Positions 30,196-40,607 of a stretch of 47,487 bases of DNA are shown here, one piece after another. The stretch covers positions 1 through 47,487 of the forward strand of contig JBNAVT010000017.1 of NCBI GenBank assembly GCA_049700215.1, in the 5' to 3' direction. Origin of the DNA: Thermoproteota archaeon (lineage in GTDB: Archaea > Thermoproteota > EX4484-205 > JAAOZP01). How positions within the stretch are numbered: position 1 is the stretch's first letter; each line of letters begins with the position of its first letter. The translations under genes were made by a program, and so were the position numbers. The notes below the pieces were generated by a model. The model had not been told where the DNA came from, did no database searches, and saw nothing but the letters and a program-made list of their open reading frames with translations.

Positions 30196-30305
30196 TCACT
30201 ATGAAGCAGGAGACCATGTTCTGATCGTGGGGGAAGCAGGTAGGCCCCCGCATCCTCCTTTTTCAGAGCACGCTCAAGGCTTACGTTTCTACAGTTAATG
30301 GGGCT

Positions 30306-31001
30306 CTACACGTATTGAAATACTTCTGCCAGGCTTGTGACGATTCTCAAACCGGAGTCTCTGATGGCTTCATCGGATTCTCGCCGAATAAGTATAGGAG
30401 TTATGCCCACTTCCTCGGCCCCCCCTGTAGTCGTCGTCCACCTTATCCCCGATGAACAAGGCTTCTTCAGGCTCAACCCCAAGTTTTTCAAGAGCATGCC
30501 TGAAATCCTCCGGATGAGGCTTAGCCCTTCCCATAGTGTCCGCCCTAACTATAACGTCGAACAACTCCTTTCGAAGACCTGTCTTTCCCAGGATTGCGTA
30601 GACATCCGCCTCGTAACCTGTTGAAACAAGCCCAGTCTTTAAACCCATCCTCCTCAGCTTAACAAGCGTCTCCTCAGCATCAGGATAGGCCTCGCAATCC
30701 ACGTGCTTAAACCATCGCGCCTCAACCTCTCCGGCAAGCTTCTCACACTCGGGGATTCCGAGATGCTTCAGAACAAGCGAATTCCACTTACCCCAGTACT
30801 CTTTATAGGGGTTTTTTTTCCATACAGTGAACGATAATTAAGATTGTTAAACTGCTCATCCGTCCTTGCAAGCGCCTCCCTTATTTCTTCAACAGACCTG
30901 TCGACCCCCAGCGAATACAATACTCTTTTAAACACGGTTTCCGGTATCCATGTTCTCACCAGGGTTTCACCCAAATCGAACGGCACTGCTTTAACCCTCA
31001 T
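30306..31001 (-). pseudogene. HAD-family hydrolase with two frameshifts
   Basis: FDLGETL, YPDA...L..L, GLVST, AKPHP..F, FIGD...DDY.GA; shifts fall in homopolymers near 30419-30425 and 30808-30819. Confidence 0.8.
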
Positions 31002-31114
31002 GAAAGCATTCCCCTATTCCTCTGCGACATGGGGATCTGGCGTCTTATATCTTTTTAAGCCGCCTGTGAAACAGTTTATATAGCATTGCCGGATACTTTT
31101 TAAAAACAAGCATC

Positions 31115-31780
31115 ATGCTGAAAATAGGTCACAGGGGAGCTAGATTCTACGAGCCAGAGAACACGCTGCGCAGCTTCAGGAAAGCGTTGGAGCTTGGCGT
31201 GGACGCTGTTGAGCTGGACGTTAGGAGGACAAGGGATGGTGAACTAGTGGTAATCCATGATGCTGAGGTTGACAGGACTACGAACGGGAAGGGACTGGTG
31301 AGCGAGCTCACGCTGGAAGAGATAAAGAGCCTCGACGCAGGAAAGGGTGAGAAGATACCTACTTTGGAGGAAGTGCTCAGCTTCCTGGATAAAAAGGTGA
31401 AGATACTGATGGAGTTGAAGGAAACAGGGATTGAAGACGCAGTGTTAAAACTTGTTCATGAAAAAGGGTTGGAGAAGAACGTAGTAATCATATCTTTCCT
31501 GGAAAACGCGTTAAGAAGAATTAGGGAGCTTGACGAGAACGTGGAGATCGGGTTGATTTACGTTAGACACGAGAACCCTGTTAAAACAGCCCTAGAGCTG
31601 AGGGCGAACTACGTGCTGCCACAGTACCGTTTCGCACACTCCGCTTTGATCAAGAGGGCGCATGAAAACGATTTGAAGGTGATAGTTTGGACAGTGAACG
31701 ATGAGGAGGAGGCTCGTAAGTACGCGGAGAAAGGTGTTGACGGCATAACAAGTGACAGGCCTGACATACTTAGTAAATAA
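31115..31780 (+). CDS. Glycerophosphodiester phosphodiesterase
   Basis: GHRGA..PENT..SF, ELDV..TRDG..VV.HD, IPTLEEV, ELK, WTVN, GITSD.P. Confidence 0.92.
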   Translation: MLKIGHRGARFYEPENTLRSFRKALELGVDAVELDVRRTRDGELVVIHDAEVDRTTNGKGLVSELTLEEIKSLDAGKGEKIPTLEEVLSFLDKKVKILMELKETGIEDAVLKLVHEKGLEKNVVIISFLENALRRIRELDENVEIGLIYVRHENPVKTALELRANYVLPQYRFAHSALIKRAHENDLKVIVWTVNDEEEARKYAEKGVDGITSDRPDILSK

Positions 31781-31868
31781 TCATTCAGCGAAGCTGGGCA
31801 AAATATTGAGGTTACTGGTATAGGCTGATTCTTTAACGCTTACCGAGTGCTTGAACACTTTTTAAAGA

Positions 31869-32153
31869 TTATTGGGAGAGGGTTTTCTCTATTCCCTCAG
31901 CCAAACTACTGGTCTCCACCCCAAACTCGTCAACCATTTCAGAAACTATGAACCTCTCTATGATTTTAGCTCCGGAGCCGTATATTTTTTCGAGGCCGAT
32001 TATGAACTCCTGAGGCTTGTCGGGTATCTCTTCCCTCTTCACCCCTTGTTCATTCTCAAGATACCAGTATACGATGCGTTTAACGGTCTCTCCTAAACGG
32101 CGTAGACCCCTGTCAACACACTTTAAAACCCTATCCCTAGGGGCTCCTGTCAT
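31869..32153 (-). CDS. Small archaeal hypothetical protein (NitrOD5/DUF3227-like)
   Basis: LGE.....VYW.LE...G....EIP.KP.EF...L..IYG.GA..IE. Confidence 0.6.
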   Translation of the reverse strand: MTGAPRDRVLKCVDRGLRRLGETVKRIVYWYLENEQGVKREEIPDKPQEFIIGLEKIYGSGAKIIERFIVSEMVDEFGVETSSLAEGIEKTLSQ

Positions 32154-32398
32154 TTTTCACACACCTTTGAACCACTTTGGGCGACGTTTACTAGAAACCC
32201 CTGAATAATCATTACATGAATAGTGCATGCTAGGAGTAGACGCTCCTATAGTCCGGGTCTCCCTCGTCAATGGCTAGGCTTGAAAAAGTTTTCAGATGCT
32301 TTAAAGCATTATTTCTCCCAAATTCACCCTATAGATTTACAATCATTCTTTTCAAAACCCGTCAATGCTTAAAACCTCTTCGGCTTAGGAGGCTGGTT

Positions 32399-33082
32399 TC
32401 ACCATAAGCTTTTCTTCTTAGCCTGCATCTGCTCCATTATCCTTGCGACAAGGCTGCTGAGAACATATGAGATGCCGAGAGCGAATCCGCCGAAATATGT
32501 TAATCCTGACCCAGCGAGCAGGTTATCTCCATAGTTATTCCACCAGTTCCAGAATACGTGTAGGGACATGGGGAGAAAAACGTTCTTGTAGCGAACCTGG
32601 CATACCGCTGCAATCACGCCGAACAACATGGGCCAGAGGAAGCCACCGAGCCCGTAGTGAAAGAAGTGTGTTAGAGCAAACACTAGGCTGCTCACGGATA
32701 TTGCCATGGAGGAATCTATTTTCGCCAGAGTGGAAAGAAGGAGTCCTCTGAAGAACCATTCCTCTAGAATTGGAAGGATGAGGATTCCGCAGGCAGGTGT
32801 GAAGGAGTCCAGGAGGAAAACCGTCGGCATGACGAAAAGCGCGGTAGTCAGGAACGTAAGCTGCTCCCCGCTCATGCTTCCCCGGAAACCGTTTAAATCC
32901 TTTATCTGGCTCCCCATCAGGAGCAGGGGGACTACTGAAGAGGAGAGGATGATTAGCGTGAGCTCGAAGACCCGCTGCTCAAAGTACTGGGTGACTCCGA
33001 CAGTCTGCAGAATGAGAACCCAGAAAACGAACAGGTTGGTGACGCTAGCCAGAACCCTCCAGTGCCTGAACACCGGGGCCAC
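32399..33082 (-). CDS. CPBP (CAAX/Abi) intramembrane metalloprotease
   Basis: EEWFFRG, FALTH, LHVFWN in a multi-TM protein. Confidence 0.85.
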   Translation of the reverse strand: MAPVFRHWRVLASVTNLFVFWVLILQTVGVTQYFEQRVFELTLIILSSSVVPLLLMGSQIKDLNGFRGSMSGEQLTFLTTALFVMPTVFLLDSFTPACGILILPILEEWFFRGLLLSTLAKIDSSMAISVSSLVFALTHFFHYGLGGFLWPMLFGVIAAVCQVRYKNVFLPMSLHVFWNWWNNYGDNLLAGSGLTYFGGFALGISYVLSSLVARIMEQMQAKKKSLW

Positions 33083-33263
33083 AAGTAGTAAGCCACCTTC
33101 CAGTAATTATGCTTTGCTAAACCTTTTAATCCCGGACTAGACTATGGTTCGCCTCTAAGCATGTTTAGACACGGTTTTAAAGCAGCCGGGGAGACGGGGG
33201 AAGGCTCCTTAGAGAGGACGCTACAAGTATTTAAACAGCTGCGTATTAAGTTTCTATGAAGCT

Positions 33264-33590
33264 TTGAGCGAGCAGAAACCCTCGGTGTGGATAGTGATCA
33301 TCACACTCCTGATGCTTTTCGTAAGCGGCGCATGGACGGTGGCAGCAATCATGTCGATCAACATGAATAAAGCCTTAGGCACAATAATGCTGGCCACGGC
33401 CACAGCCTCGAACGTAAGCTTCCTCCTGACGCTGCTCGCGGCAATGCTGCTGTATTCGGGGGTGGAGAAGGGGGAAAGGCTCAGAGTAATCATGGTGTGC
33501 CTCTTTGCAGTAGGAATAGTCACCCTCGTCTACACCGTGGTGCTTTTCCTGGTTGCCTTCCTTACGAGATACCCGACGGCCCTCGATTAA
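33264..33590 (+). CDS. Small 3-TM membrane protein
   Basis: Three hydrophobic segments; TATA-like TATTTAAA upstream. Confidence 0.55.
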   Translation: MSEQKPSVWIVIITLLMLFVSGAWTVAAIMSINMNKALGTIMLATATASNVSFLLTLLAAMLLYSGVEKGERLRVIMVCLFAVGIVTLVYTVVLFLVAFLTRYPTALD

Positions 33591-33626
33591 ACCTTAAACC
33601 ATAGGCTCTATTTACCTGAACCCTTT

Positions 33627-34148
33627 TTGAAGACTGACTCGCATGACCCTTTCTCCAGCATCAGCCTCGTGGTCGCGTTCTCCACCCGGCTTGCAGAGGA
33701 TTTCGCGCCGATTATCCTCGACCCGAGAGGATACGGGGCCAAGCCTTCGCCACCCAAGTTCATAGCATACCGGTTGATCATCGTTCCGGAGAAGAGGAAA
33801 CTGTGCATTCTCTACGAGGTCTACTGGAGTAGGCAGGACTGCACTTGGAGAAAACTCAACAAGGATCATAACCATGATTACGAGCAAATACAGATACATT
33901 TCGACATAGCAACCGGTTTGAGAAAGCTCGACCGGAAGCTCTTGGAGAAATGGTATTACCAGCATTTCAGGGACAGGTTCGGCCACGACATTTCCAACCC
34001 ATTCAAAGAGCCTTACATCCTGTATTATCCCCCGCCTGAAGACAGGTTGTCGAGACTAACCTACAGCCTGCTCTACGCATACGTCTCCGTAAAGAGGTTT
34101 TTCACCTACCCGTTTAGAATGCTTCGGACTAGCGTAGCCAATCCTTAG
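33627..34148 (+). CDS. Hypothetical protein, possibly truncated
   Basis: 173-aa ORF with YEVYW..QD and H.HDYE.I motifs. Confidence 0.5.
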   Translation: MKTDSHDPFSSISLVVAFSTRLAEDFAPIILDPRGYGAKPSPPKFIAYRLIIVPEKRKLCILYEVYWSRQDCTWRKLNKDHNHDYEQIQIHFDIATGLRKLDRKLLEKWYYQHFRDRFGHDISNPFKEPYILYYPPPEDRLSRLTYSLLYAYVSVKRFFTYPFRMLRTSVANP

Positions 34149-34290
34149 GAAGGTTGAAGCGGGCGACGACAGCGCATGGTCAGACTCGGGGGCTTCTCAG
34201 CGGTTGCAAACGCTACGCTCTTATCCGGCAGCAGTTCGTTGAAAACAGCGGTTTCAACCCAGTAGAGGTAGGGGGCTTGAAAGCTATGAC

Positions 34291-35445
34291 GTGATCCATC
34301 ATTTCTCTCCTACCACGATAGATAAGGGAGTAACGCTGATCCTGAGGCAAGTTATACTCGCAAGGCACCATCACCGTGGATCTGAGCCCCGGGTTAAGTT
34401 TAATAGGTTAATCCATGGGTTGAAAAACGATTTGAGCAGTTCCCGGAATAATTCGTCCCTTCTTCAAAGGCTTCAATCCTACTTGGATCACGCGGGGCTT
34501 GAAGGCTTAGCGCCGCCGGGCAGCGTCAAGGTTGAAAGCCTAACCCTATACAGGAAGCAGGGCATGAGCAACAAGACTTATCTGCTGAAGGCTGAAATCA
34601 ACGGTGAAACACTGGACACGCTTATACTGAGGCTTTACGCTGGCGACGGCAAGGCGGCCAGAGAGTTCAGTCTGCTGAAGCTACTCGGGTCAAAGGGGCT
34701 ACCGGTTCCAAACGTGTACGCGTTCGAGGAGAGCAAAAAGACGCTTGGAAAACCCTTCCTCATAATGGAGATGGTTAAGCAAACCCAGCCGAAGGATGAG
34801 CACCATCTCCTAGAGGCTGCAGCCCGCTCGCTGGCGGAAATACACGCAGTAAAGCCCAGTGAGCTCAGAGGCATTCTGGAGGATAAGGGGAATTATCCGG
34901 GTCGGGAGCTTGACGGCATCAGGCTTTTGTCGGCCCTCCTTATTTTCACAACCCTCGGCCCACCTGATTCTCTCGTCAGGTGTCTGAAGCACGCTAAAAT
35001 GCTTACGGAGAGAATGTCGGAGGGAAGAGCCCTCCTGATACATGGAGACTACGGTTTAGACAATATAGTGTATAGCGCGGGGAGAGCATATGTTGTTGAC
35101 TGGGAGAACGCGGAGGTTGCTGAACCGACTTTCGACGTGGCATACATCTGCAACTTCCTCGACTTCAGCGAAAGAATCCAGGGAAGACCTGGGGGAAGGC
35201 TTTCAGAAGGCTTTCTTAAAGCGTATGTGAGACAAGGCGGTGCAGTAAGGGAGCTTGAGCTTTACAGGAGGCTGGCGGCCCTAAAGATCATACTGATCTT
35301 AGAAGTGTTGAGAACAAGGAACCTGTTCTCCCTAGTAACCGGGCTGCACGCAAGATTCAGAGGGATGGAGGACGAAAACTGGTTAGGAGGGTTTAGAAGA
35401 TACCTTTTTGAGGTTCTGGAGGGAGCTCCGCAGGCCATTAGTTAA
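34291..35445 (+). CDS. Aminoglycoside phosphotransferase-like kinase
   Basis: GMSNKTY, ILRLY, RE..LL, LPVP.V, HGDY..DN, VVDWE; true start probably near 34420. Confidence 0.8.
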   Translation: MIHHFSPTTIDKGVTLILRQVILARHHHRGSEPRVKFNRLIHGLKNDLSSSRNNSSLLQRLQSYLDHAGLEGLAPPGSVKVESLTLYRKQGMSNKTYLLKAEINGETLDTLILRLYAGDGKAAREFSLLKLLGSKGLPVPNVYAFEESKKTLGKPFLIMEMVKQTQPKDEHHLLEAAARSLAEIHAVKPSELRGILEDKGNYPGRELDGIRLLSALLIFTTLGPPDSLVRCLKHAKMLTERMSEGRALLIHGDYGLDNIVYSAGRAYVVDWENAEVAEPTFDVAYICNFLDFSERIQGRPGGRLSEGFLKAYVRQGGAVRELELYRRLAALKIILILEVLRTRNLFSLVTGLHARFRGMEDENWLGGFRRYLFEVLEGAPQAIS

Positions 35446-35496
35446 CACGGTGAAGCCATAAATACGCGGGTTAAGGTGCGACACTCAACACCATGG

Positions 35497-36027
35497 ATGA
35501 GTTTCGGAAAAAAAGATTCTCAGGCTTGAACTCGCTGGAGCAGTTTTCATAATTCTCCTCGGAAGCATGCTGCACTTCACCTTCGAACTGTCCGGGAGAA
35601 ACCCGGTTGTCGGAGTCTTCTCCGCTGTTAACGAAAGCGTCTGGGGGCATTTGAAGCTGGCCTACTGGCCGGCATTAGCATACATGGTGATTGAGCATAG
35701 AAGGTTAAAGACAGTCGGCGGCTTTCTAGCCGCAAAAACTATTGGAATCTACCTTATGCCAGTTATCATCGTCTTCTCTTTCTACGCCTATAATTTTTCA
35801 TCGCGGAGAACCTTCTTATGGATATTATGATTTTCATGGCTGCCGTAGTAATCGGGCAGCTGGCGAGCTATAAGCTGATGACGAGAGAGAACCTAAGAGC
35901 CTATGGGAGAATCAGCCTGGTAGCCCTAGTCTCCGCAGCCATTGTTTTCACGGTTTTCACCTTCCACCCATCTAAACTAGCAGTCTTTCAAGACCCGGTG
36001 AGCGGAGGCTACGGGATCTCCGGGTAG
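35497..36027 (+). pseudogene. DUF6512-like membrane protein, frameshifted
   Basis: GS.LHF.FELSG, NESVW.HLKL, F.DP.SG.YG; shifts at an A7 run (about 35508) and near 35795. Confidence 0.65.
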
Positions 36028-36142
36028 CGGCAAACTAGGCTTGACACGTAGGCTCAGGCTGGGGGACGAGAGTTAGGAGCCCGGGGAGCCGGGTGTTCCA
36101 AAAACTGAATAGTTTATATCTCTTGGGTACGGTTCCTAACTT

Positions 36143-37573
36143 GTGATGGACAGAGCTAGGGTTTACAGGCAGATTGAGAAGGATTTTGAAAAACATGTTG
36201 AAGAGCTTTTAAAGCTCGTCAGGCAGCCCTCAGTTTCGCCTCAGAACATCGGCGTTAGAGAGGCGGCGGAGCTTCTGAGGGAGATGGCTGGCAGAGCAGG
36301 CTTCAAGAACACGCGTCTAGTTGAAACCTCTGGAAACCCGGTTGTATACGGGGAGCTTAACGTCGGCGCGCCACTCACCGTGCTTGTCTACACGATGTAC
36401 GACACGATGCCTGCTGACGAACCCGGGTGGAAAGTGGACCCCTTCGCAGGAGAGATACTTAGGATGGACCCCTTCGGAGAGACACTGGTAGCCAGAGGGG
36501 CAGTGAACACGAAGGGGCCTCTCGTCGCCCTGCTTAACACCGTCAGGGCTATTGTTGAAAGCGAGCAGGAGCCACCGGTCAACCTGATTTTCGCAGCAGA
36601 GGGGGAGGAGGAGCTTGGAAGTAAGCATCTGCCGGAGTTCATAGGAAAGTGCGAGGACCAGCTTAAGAAGGCGGATGTATTATTCTTCCCCAGCGCCAGC
36701 CAGAATTCGAAGGGCAAGGCGATAGTGACCTTGGGGGTTAAGGGAATAATCTATTTTGAGCTTGAGCTCGACGGCAAGGAGTGGGGGAAAGGCCCTACGG
36801 AGTTCGGCATACACGGTAGCAATAAGGCTTGGGTGGACAGCCCCGCTTGGAGAATGGTGAAGGCTCTTTCAACAATGGTTGACGAAACCGGTAACAGGGT
36901 CCTTATTGAAGGGTTCTACGACAACGTTAGGGTTCCAAGCGAGGAGGACGAGGCTCTCCTCAGCAGGCTGGCTGAAACCTTCGACGAGGAGGAGGTTAAG
37001 GAAAGAATGAGGGTGGAGCGCTTCATAGACGATCTGCACGGGGTCGAGGCTCTTAAGAAATACTTGTTCTCGCCGACCCTTAACATTGACGGATTATGGT
37101 CCGGGTACACGGGGCCCGGCTCAAAGACACTCCTGCCTCACAGGATGACTGTAAAGATGGATGTTAGGCTCGTGCCCGAGATGCAGGTTGAGAAGACGAT
37201 GAGCTTGGTTAGAGAGCATTTGGATAAGCATGGGTTCAGCGAGATAAGGATAAGGAGGCTTGAAGAAGGCTACGGCTGGGCTAGGATGAGCGTCAACTCA
37301 CCTTACTCGAAGGCCCTGTTGAAAGCACTCGACGAGTTCAAAGTGGAGATTGAAGTCTGGCCCACAATAGCTGGGAGCGCACCTTTCTCAATGTTCGCAG
37401 CTCCACCCCTCAGGCTTCCCTTCATAGTCGGGGGAATGGGCCACGGCGGCCTAGCGCACTCGCCCAACGAGTACCTGGTTATAGGCGAGGGTGGACCAAC
37501 CGGGGGTCTTCTAACAATGGAGAGGTCTTTCGCCGCAATACTGGACCATGTTTCAACACTAAAGAAGCAGTAA
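36143..37573 (+). CDS. M20/M25/M40 family metallopeptidase
   Basis: GNPVVYG, YDT.P, ARGA..KG, EGEEE.GS, D.RLVP, AHSPNE. Confidence 0.88.
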   Translation: MMDRARVYRQIEKDFEKHVEELLKLVRQPSVSPQNIGVREAAELLREMAGRAGFKNTRLVETSGNPVVYGELNVGAPLTVLVYTMYDTMPADEPGWKVDPFAGEILRMDPFGETLVARGAVNTKGPLVALLNTVRAIVESEQEPPVNLIFAAEGEEELGSKHLPEFIGKCEDQLKKADVLFFPSASQNSKGKAIVTLGVKGIIYFELELDGKEWGKGPTEFGIHGSNKAWVDSPAWRMVKALSTMVDETGNRVLIEGFYDNVRVPSEEDEALLSRLAETFDEEEVKERMRVERFIDDLHGVEALKKYLFSPTLNIDGLWSGYTGPGSKTLLPHRMTVKMDVRLVPEMQVEKTMSLVREHLDKHGFSEIRIRRLEEGYGWARMSVNSPYSKALLKALDEFKVEIEVWPTIAGSAPFSMFAAPPLRLPFIVGGMGHGGLAHSPNEYLVIGEGGPTGGLLTMERSFAAILDHVSTLKKQ

Positions 37574-37718
37574 TGCTTCGAGCGCCACCGGCGCTTGGGT
37601 CATGGGATAGTTACGCACGCCGCGTGCACTTGAGTTAGGGAGGTCATCTATGCTCGTTCAGTTCATTTTCTCTTAAAACGCTACTGATTCTTAACAAGCG
37701 AAGCATGATGTTTAGCCG

Positions 37719-38241
37719 TCACCTAAGCTTGAGCCTGTGACCCTCTATCTAGATCATTTTGCCCGAGTAAGGCTCTGGAAGCTTGCCGAGATGCTTGGCC
37801 AGCTCAAGCATGTTAATGGTCTCGTAACCCTACCCTACGTATGAGGAATTCGATGGACCTGTGTTCCCGGTGGCTGACTCGAATATACGCTGCGCCCTCC
37901 CCAGCTGCTTAGCGCGCGCTACAGCATGTCGTCATACTCGTGTTTCGCATACTCTTTCTCAACCCACTCATACTCTATGAAAAACACTCCGCTATATCTG
38001 ACGGCGTAGCTGATGAAGCCGACTAGCTGTTTTTCAGCACCATGCTCAAGAACCAGGACGCGGGTATCTGGAACCAGCAGATCCGTGACAACCGCTTTCC
38101 TCGTTTTCCTCCAGGGGCATTCGAGCATCGGGCCCGAACATCTCAGCCCACACGTCGTTATACATGTTCATGAGAAACCTAGCCACGTCCTCGAAATCCT
38201 GGTCGCTATACCGCCTTATTCTGAAAGCAGGCTTATCGGCC
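37719..38241 (-). pseudogene. Degraded GNAT acetyltransferase
   Basis: FRIRRY...DF..V, LVGFI, FIEY.WV, GYETINMLEL.K spread over several frames with in-frame stops. Confidence 0.6.
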
Positions 38242-38640
38242 TCATGCTCCTAGCCTACGCCGTCTGCTCTCGAGCCGGTGAAAAGAATACTCTCGCTCCA
38301 TCGCTTCCAGAAGCCTTGAGATCTTGAACCCGAACTGCGTGAGACAGTACTTGTTACCGGTCTTCACAACTATGTTCATCTTCGACAGCTCGCTAAGATG
38401 ATAATGAAACCGCCCAGTGTCGTAGTTCGGGTTTAAACCGGAGGCCTCCATAAGGTCTGAGAATCGAAGAGGATGCGGCGACTGAGCGAGCGAAGTAACT
38501 ATGGCTTTTCGAACCACATTGCCGAGGGTCTGTAACAATTCAACGATATCAGCATTCGCGGCTTGCAACTGCCCCATGGCTCTTTCAATAGTGTGTTGAG
38601 CAGCCGGGCGATAAAGACTTTTTGCGAAGAAATTAGACAA
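38242..38640 (-). CDS. ArsR-like winged-HTH domain (possibly the N-terminus of a decayed wHTH-GNAT fusion)
   Basis: LGN..R..IV, LRFSDLM, F.YHL..L, Y.LT.FG. Confidence 0.65.
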   Translation of the reverse strand: MSNFFAKSLYRPAAQHTIERAMGQLQAANADIVELLQTLGNVVRKAIVTSLAQSPHPLRFSDLMEASGLNPNYDTGRFHYHLSELSKMNIVVKTGNKYCLTQFGFKISRLLEAMEREYSFHRLESRRRRLGA

Positions 38641-38826
38641 GGAACGTGGATCTTTAAAGGGAAGAAATCAACCGGCGGATGGAGATTACAGGCCTCACAG
38701 CGTGTGTTTAGGACTAGCGCGCGCTCTATCCATAGTTACGAGCGCAACCATAAAGCTGTTTAGAAGCTAGTGAAAAACTGCTCGCCAAGGGGTTCCGCCT
38801 CATGGACGACGGACTCGGCGGGAGCA

Positions 38827-39957
38827 TTATTTCACGCGGCTTATGAAGGCTCTTAACGGTTTCTGACCCTCCTCTTTGACAAGGCCCGAGACCCTAACTC
38901 CGACTCTTCTCGCTTCAAGCCATGATTCCCCTAGCAGCTTTTCAAACAATTTCCTCACATTCTTTTTAAGATCCTCCGGGTCGCTGGTAGGCGGCTCCAG
39001 CGTTTTCGACCTGCTGTAAACACTCATGTCTTTCGCAACCACTATTATCCCGACCTGTTTGACCCTCAGCCGCCGCCGGGAGAGCTCGGCACAAATCTCG
39101 CTGCAAAGCTCGCCTGCCTTCCTCATAATAGCATCCAAGTCCCGAGTATCCTTCTTCAGAGTTGATATTCTACTTATGGATTTGGCTTCACCCCTCTCCT
39201 TAACAGGCCGGTTGTCCACCCCGTGGGAAGCATTGTGAAAGTAAACACCCAGCTTCTCTCCGAAAAGCTCGATAAGCCTCTGAACATCGTAGCCCGCTAG
39301 GTCTCCAATGGTCTTAACGCCGAGGCTCTCCATTATGCTCTGAGTCTTAACCCCGATTCCCACCAGCCTGTTAACCGGCAGCGGTGAAAGAAATGCCCGA
39401 ACCTCCTCCGGTTTAACAACCGTCAAGCCATCCGGCTTTTGACTGTCGGCAGCAATCTTAGCGACAAGCTTATTCGGACCAACGCCTATGGAGCATGTTA
39501 ACCCTTTGCTTCTCTTAACCTCCTCCTTTATCCGCCTAGCCAGCTCCCCAGCCTTGTCGAAATCCCCCTCAACCCTTTCACTAACATCCAGATAGGCCTC
39601 GTCCACCCCAGCCTGTTCAAAGACGTCTGCATGACTCTTAAGAATACTCATCACGTCTTCTGAAACCCTGTTGTAGTACTCGTGGTCAACAGGGAGGAAA
39701 ACAGCGTCAACGTTCACCAGCCTCTTTCTAGCTACGGAGATCGGGATGCCTGATTTAACACCATGTTTCCTCGCCTCGTAGTTTGCAGTGCTTACGACAC
39801 CGCTTTCCCTGCCTCGCTCAGAATACACGCATACTACTACAGGCTTGTCTTTTAAAGAAGGATTCCTCACCTCCTCGCATTGGGCGAAAAAATAGTCCAG
39901 GTCGACCAGCATAATGACTCTTTGCCGAGACACTTGTTTTTCAGACAGGGGCTTCAT
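38827..39957 (-). CDS. dinB: DNA polymerase IV (Y family)
   Basis: VDLDYFFAQ.E, TANYEAR, VDEAYLD, CSIGV..NKL.AKIA..KP.G. Confidence 0.93.
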   Translation of the reverse strand: MKPLSEKQVSRQRVIMLVDLDYFFAQCEEVRNPSLKDKPVVVCVYSERGRESGVVSTANYEARKHGVKSGIPISVARKRLVNVDAVFLPVDHEYYNRVSEDVMSILKSHADVFEQAGVDEAYLDVSERVEGDFDKAGELARRIKEEVKRSKGLTCSIGVGPNKLVAKIAADSQKPDGLTVVKPEEVRAFLSPLPVNRLVGIGVKTQSIMESLGVKTIGDLAGYDVQRLIELFGEKLGVYFHNASHGVDNRPVKERGEAKSISRISTLKKDTRDLDAIMRKAGELCSEICAELSRRRLRVKQVGIIVVAKDMSVYSRSKTLEPPTSDPEDLKKNVRKLFEKLLGESWLEARRVGVRVSGLVKEEGQKPLRAFISRVK

Positions 39958-40519
39958 TAAACCTGTTTCCCCACTTGTAGGAGGACTGTTGAATCACCGT
40001 TCTGTCCAGCTGCTGAGGGCAATTTTCACAGCACCTGTTGTTTGAACCTAAGTTTTTTAAATCCAGCAGGCATTTTTCAGCATGCTCCTCAGACCTAATA
40101 TCCTTATAGATCCCCCTTATTTTCCCCTTTTCATCGATAAGGAATGTTGTCCTAACAACACCCATAGTATGCTTGCCGTAAAGATTCTTCCTTCCCCATA
40201 CTCCATATTTCTTAACAACACTCGCTTCCATATAGCTTAAGAGTGTGAAAGGTAGATCGTTATCCTTTTTAAACTTCTTATGCGTCTCAACGCTATCCAT
40301 GCTCACCCCGCCAATCAAAACATTCTTCCTGCCGAACTCTTCAGCCAAATCCCTGAATCTTCTTGCTTCCCGGGTACATCCGGGAGAACCATCCTTCGGA
40401 TAAAAATAGAGCACTACCCTTCTCTCCCTATAATCCTTTAAAGATACTTTCCCGCCTTCATCCGATTGAAGAGTGAAATCCGGAGCATTATCACCCTCTT
40501 TCAAAACCATTTTCTTCAC
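39941..40519 (-). CDS. bcp: Peroxiredoxin, BCP/PrxQ family
   Basis: APDF.L, LYFYPKD.SPGCT.EA, GVS.D, R.TFLID..G. Confidence 0.85.
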   Translation of the reverse strand: MKKMVLKEGDNAPDFTLQSDEGGKVSLKDYRERRVVLYFYPKDGSPGCTREARRFRDLAEEFGRKNVLIGGVSMDSVETHKKFKKDNDLPFTLLSYMEASVVKKYGVWGRKNLYGKHTMGVVRTTFLIDEKGKIRGIYKDIRSEEHAEKCLLDLKNLGSNNRCCENCPQQLDRTVIQQSSYKWGNRFNEAPV

Positions 40520-40607
40520 CTTTTTAAGGGGTTAACGGTTAATAAGTTTAATCCGAAAAAAACGGCTTGTAAAATTCTTATTAACTCTGTAGCAAACCTG
40601 TTTAAAC

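Noticed and set aside
30176-30224. Possible C/D-box sRNA (TGAAGA..TTGA..ATGAAG..CTGA)
   Set aside because: Degenerate boxes, overlap with a CDS end, and no target I could identify
32221-32232. 12-mer TAGTGCATGCTA repeated at 44071-44082
   Set aside because: Repeats of this length are expected by chance in 47 kb, and the flanks do not match
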